64,000 nucleotides of DNA from Candidatus Binataceae bacterium (GTDB lineage Bacteria; Desulfobacterota; Binatia; Binatales; Binataceae): contig DATJXN010000090.1 of the NCBI GenBank assembly GCA_035500095.1, positions 500 through 64,499 on the forward strand, given 5' to 3'. Shown here piece after piece: positions 61,804 through 64,000 of this stretch (the stretch's first letter is position 1; each line of letters begins with the position of its first letter). Position numbers and translations under genes: made by a program. Under the pieces are notes generated by a model. The model was not told where the DNA came from, searched no databases, and saw only the letters and a list, made by a program, of their open reading frames with translations.

Positions 61804-63180
61804 GTGACGGCCAGGACCGAACGCCCGAAGGTGTTGACCAAGGCCTTCGGTCCGGCCGTCATCTGTTTACTTGCACTGTTTCCATGCGCAGCAGCCATGG
61901 CCGGCGGCACTAACGGGATTCTGTTCGAGGCTGATGATACCTCGGGACGGATCGCCACCTACCGTCCTACTGGCAGGGATGGCAACAATCCATTTTTCCA
62001 GCAGCTGGGTAGCAACGGCCGTACTTGCAATACCTGCCATCGCGCAAGCGACGGCTGGTCGATAACACCAGCTCACATCCATGAACGATTTGCAGAGACG
62101 CTCGGGAGTGATCCGCTGTTTCGACCGATCGACGGCGCCACGTGCCCCACTGACGACATATCTTCGGTGGCGGCAATGCGAACTGCGTATGCGCTCCTGC
62201 TCAATCGCGGGCTCATTCGAATACCGTTAAGTTTGCCGGCGTCCGCCGAATTTTCGATCACTGACATGATCGATCCTTACGGCTGCTCTCAACTTGATTC
62301 GCAGGGTTCCGGCGTAATTTCCGTATATCGCCGGCCATTGCCGGTGACCAATTTAGTGTTTTTGACTTCGATAACGTGGGATGGCCGCGAGCCGGACCTG
62401 CGCACCCAGGCGCTCAATGCCGCGCTGCAGCATGAACGGCCGAAGACGTCGCCGAGCGAGGATCAGCTCGATCAGATTGTAGGCTTCGAGACTGCAAACT
62501 ACACGGCGCAAGTGTTCGATCGCGCTGCCGGTTCTCTGCGCGCTTGGGGCGCGACCGCCGGGCCGGTCGCTGTTTCCGACCAGCAATTCCTGGTGGGCAT
62601 CAACGATCCATTCGGCGGCAACCCAACCGGTGCGTTGTTCGATCCCGATGTTTTCGTCCTGTATGAGCCCTGGTTGCAGGCGCCTCACACCGCTCTAACG
62701 CCTGCTCGACAGGCCGTAATTCGCGGAGAGCGCGTCTTCAATGAGAAATTGATTACGATAAGCGGCGTGGCCGGGCTGAACGATGCGCTAGGGCTGCAAA
62801 GGATCGCCGGGGCATGCTCATTTTGCCACGATACGCCCGGCGTCGGGAACCATTCGACCGATCTGCCGCTTGATACCGGTGTGTCTGAACTGGGCACGCG
62901 AGGCCTTCCTCGGTTCAGCTTGAGCTGTCATTCAGGGCCGCTTGCTGGCGCAAGCTTTGCGCTCACCGATCCAGGGCGCGCAGCGATAACCGGCCAATGC
63001 GCCGACATCGGAAAGTTCAAAGTTCCTACCTTGCGCGGACTGGCCGCCCGCCCGCCGTATTTTCATGATGGCTCGGCGAATACCCTGATGGATGTCGTCA
63101 ATTTTTACGACCACCGTTTTGCTATAGGCCTGACTCTTCAACAAAAGCGCGACCTGGTTGCTTTTCTGAAGACATTGTAG
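61804..63180 (+). CDS. Di-heme cytochrome c peroxidase / MauG-family protein.
   Basis: Two CxxCH motifs (CNTCH, CSFCH) and the family-diagnostic motif GKFKVPTLRGLAARPPYFHDGSANTLMDVVNFYDHRF. Signal peptide ...KVLTKAFGPAVICLLALFPCAAAMA. The probable start is GTG at 61804; the track ORF starts on TTG at 61783, right after the upstream stop. Confidence 0.8.
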   Translation: MTARTERPKVLTKAFGPAVICLLALFPCAAAMAGGTNGILFEADDTSGRIATYRPTGRDGNNPFFQQLGSNGRTCNTCHRASDGWSITPAHIHERFAETLGSDPLFRPIDGATCPTDDISSVAAMRTAYALLLNRGLIRIPLSLPASAEFSITDMIDPYGCSQLDSQGSGVISVYRRPLPVTNLVFLTSITWDGREPDLRTQALNAALQHERPKTSPSEDQLDQIVGFETANYTAQVFDRAAGSLRAWGATAGPVAVSDQQFLVGINDPFGGNPTGALFDPDVFVLYEPWLQAPHTALTPARQAVIRGERVFNEKLITISGVAGLNDALGLQRIAGACSFCHDTPGVGNHSTDLPLDTGVSELGTRGLPRFSLSCHSGPLAGASFALTDPGRAAITGQCADIGKFKVPTLRGLAARPPYFHDGSANTLMDVVNFYDHRFAIGLTLQQKRDLVAFLKTL

Positions 63181-63378
63181 ATCACTCTGTGCCCCGGGTC
63201 GTCTCTCCGGCCCCGCCCGGCAGCCACCCGCCCCTTCCCCTCACCGAGCTCTACTTGTCAGGTGATCACGTATCGCACGAGCGGCCAGACCTAGTGCGCG
63301 GCCGTTGGGGAACCTTCCATGCCTTACAGGCGTTATCTGCCCAAGCAGCCGCTCATAACACGTTGGAGGAGGACTGGC

Positions 63379-63894
63379 ATGAAGGGCTTTATCAGGCATG
63401 GACTGGCCGTCGCGATGGTGCTGGTGACCGCGATGCCCGCGATGGCCAGGAGTTGGGTCGTCTGCGTGGACACGACCAAGGACGCGCGATTTTCCACCAC
63501 AAATACGTTCTTCGTCGGAGCGGCACCGATTTATCCCGGCGGCACCGATGTATCAGCCGCGAGTGACTGTTCAACCGCGACGATCGGGAAGGCGACGGTG
63601 GGAACCTTTTTCACCTTGGGCGGCGCGGTCGCCGGTCTGCCAGTATCGACGCCGTCCAACCCGGCCGACGGATTCTACGTGGTGTGGCATTTCCGAATCG
63701 ACGGCAGGGGCGCGTTCGACACGACCGGGCCCACTCAGACCGCCACCACCTATCCTCAGACCATTACCGGCTCGACCAATCCCGGCCTGGTGCCGACTCA
63801 CGGCAAGGCGAGCGTCACCAATCTGAGCAACGCGACCACGGGGACAACCAACGCCGTACTTACGTTCAAGATCACCACGCCGGAAGGTCACTAG
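63379..63894 (+). CDS. Hypothetical small secreted Thr/Gly-rich protein.
   Basis: RBS GGAGGAGG, then MKGFIRHGLAVAMVLVTAMPAMA. The mature part is Thr/Gly/Ala-rich (TTGPTQTATTYPQTITGSTNPG...TTGTTNAVLTFKITTPEGH). Confidence 0.5.
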   Translation: MKGFIRHGLAVAMVLVTAMPAMARSWVVCVDTTKDARFSTTNTFFVGAAPIYPGGTDVSAASDCSTATIGKATVGTFFTLGGAVAGLPVSTPSNPADGFYVVWHFRIDGRGAFDTTGPTQTATTYPQTITGSTNPGLVPTHGKASVTNLSNATTGTTNAVLTFKITTPEGH

Positions 63895-64000
63895 CGCTGC
63901 GGCCGGCCACTCCTTTGGCGAGGCGGGCTGCGTTTGGTCTGGCGCTCGCAGTCGTGATGGACTGCCGGATGATCCGGCGACGCAACCGTCAGCTCCTTTA

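Overview
This is a 64 kb chromosomal segment from a high-GC bacterium. Sampled 60-nt stretches of housekeeping genes give about 63-73% GC. The cell envelope is Gram-negative in type: LpxA, an OmpA-family lipoprotein and a system I cytochrome c maturation (Ccm) operon are present. The segment also carries the c-di-AMP module cdaA-cdaR-glmM and a CcmE of the CXXXY type, which together suggest a delta-proteobacteria-like or related lineage; this is inference only.

The window is densely coding and most genes lie on the minus strand. The long antisense ORFs in the track are high-GC shadow ORFs, not genes.

Main blocks, left to right:
- A truncated MMPL/RND exporter with an upstream Ycf48-like BNR-repeat lipoprotein.
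- A five-gene minus-strand operon: an LLM flavin oxidoreductase, pxpA, a class-III aminotransferase, pxpB and pxpC. This is a candidate lactam ring-opening and omega-transamination pathway.
- An OmpA-like lipoprotein with a 27-residue polyproline tether.
- Genes for a VOC-family protein, a cupin and an SDR oxidoreductase.
- An orphan hybrid histidine kinase with the domain order PAS-HisKA-HATPase-REC-REC-Hpt.
- A roughly 700 bp AT-rich intergenic region, followed by an excisionase-family helix-turn-helix (HTH) protein, a CaiB-type CoA-transferase, a secreted protein, a TauD dioxygenase and a convergent CmcJ/NvfI-type oxygenase.
- A long housekeeping block: gltX, guaA, der, era, rnc, an mtaB-like gene, mnmA, a cysteine desulfurase, an FAD oxidoreductase with a streptogramin-B-lyase-like (Vgb-like) beta-propeller lipoprotein, cysE, a citramalate/isopropylmalate synthase, lysC, tsaE, nnr, pdxJ, glmM, cdaR, cdaA, folP, ftsH, tilS and a DnaJ-like chaperone.
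- A Ccm operon in the order ccmE-F-H-(zinc-ribbon membrane protein)-A-B-C-D, with variant motifs.
- An endonuclease/exonuclease/phosphatase (EEP) family gene, then lpxA-yacG and a hypothetical membrane protein.
- At the right end, a low-GC island (about 50-55% GC in sampled stretches). It encodes a roughly 1270-aa secreted Cys-rich protein whose N-terminal region resembles a G8 domain / beta-helix, a di-heme cytochrome c peroxidase/MauG-family protein and a small Thr/Gly-rich secreted protein. This island is the best candidate for an undescribed system.

I did not recognise any rRNA, tRNA, CRISPR array, transposase or integrase.
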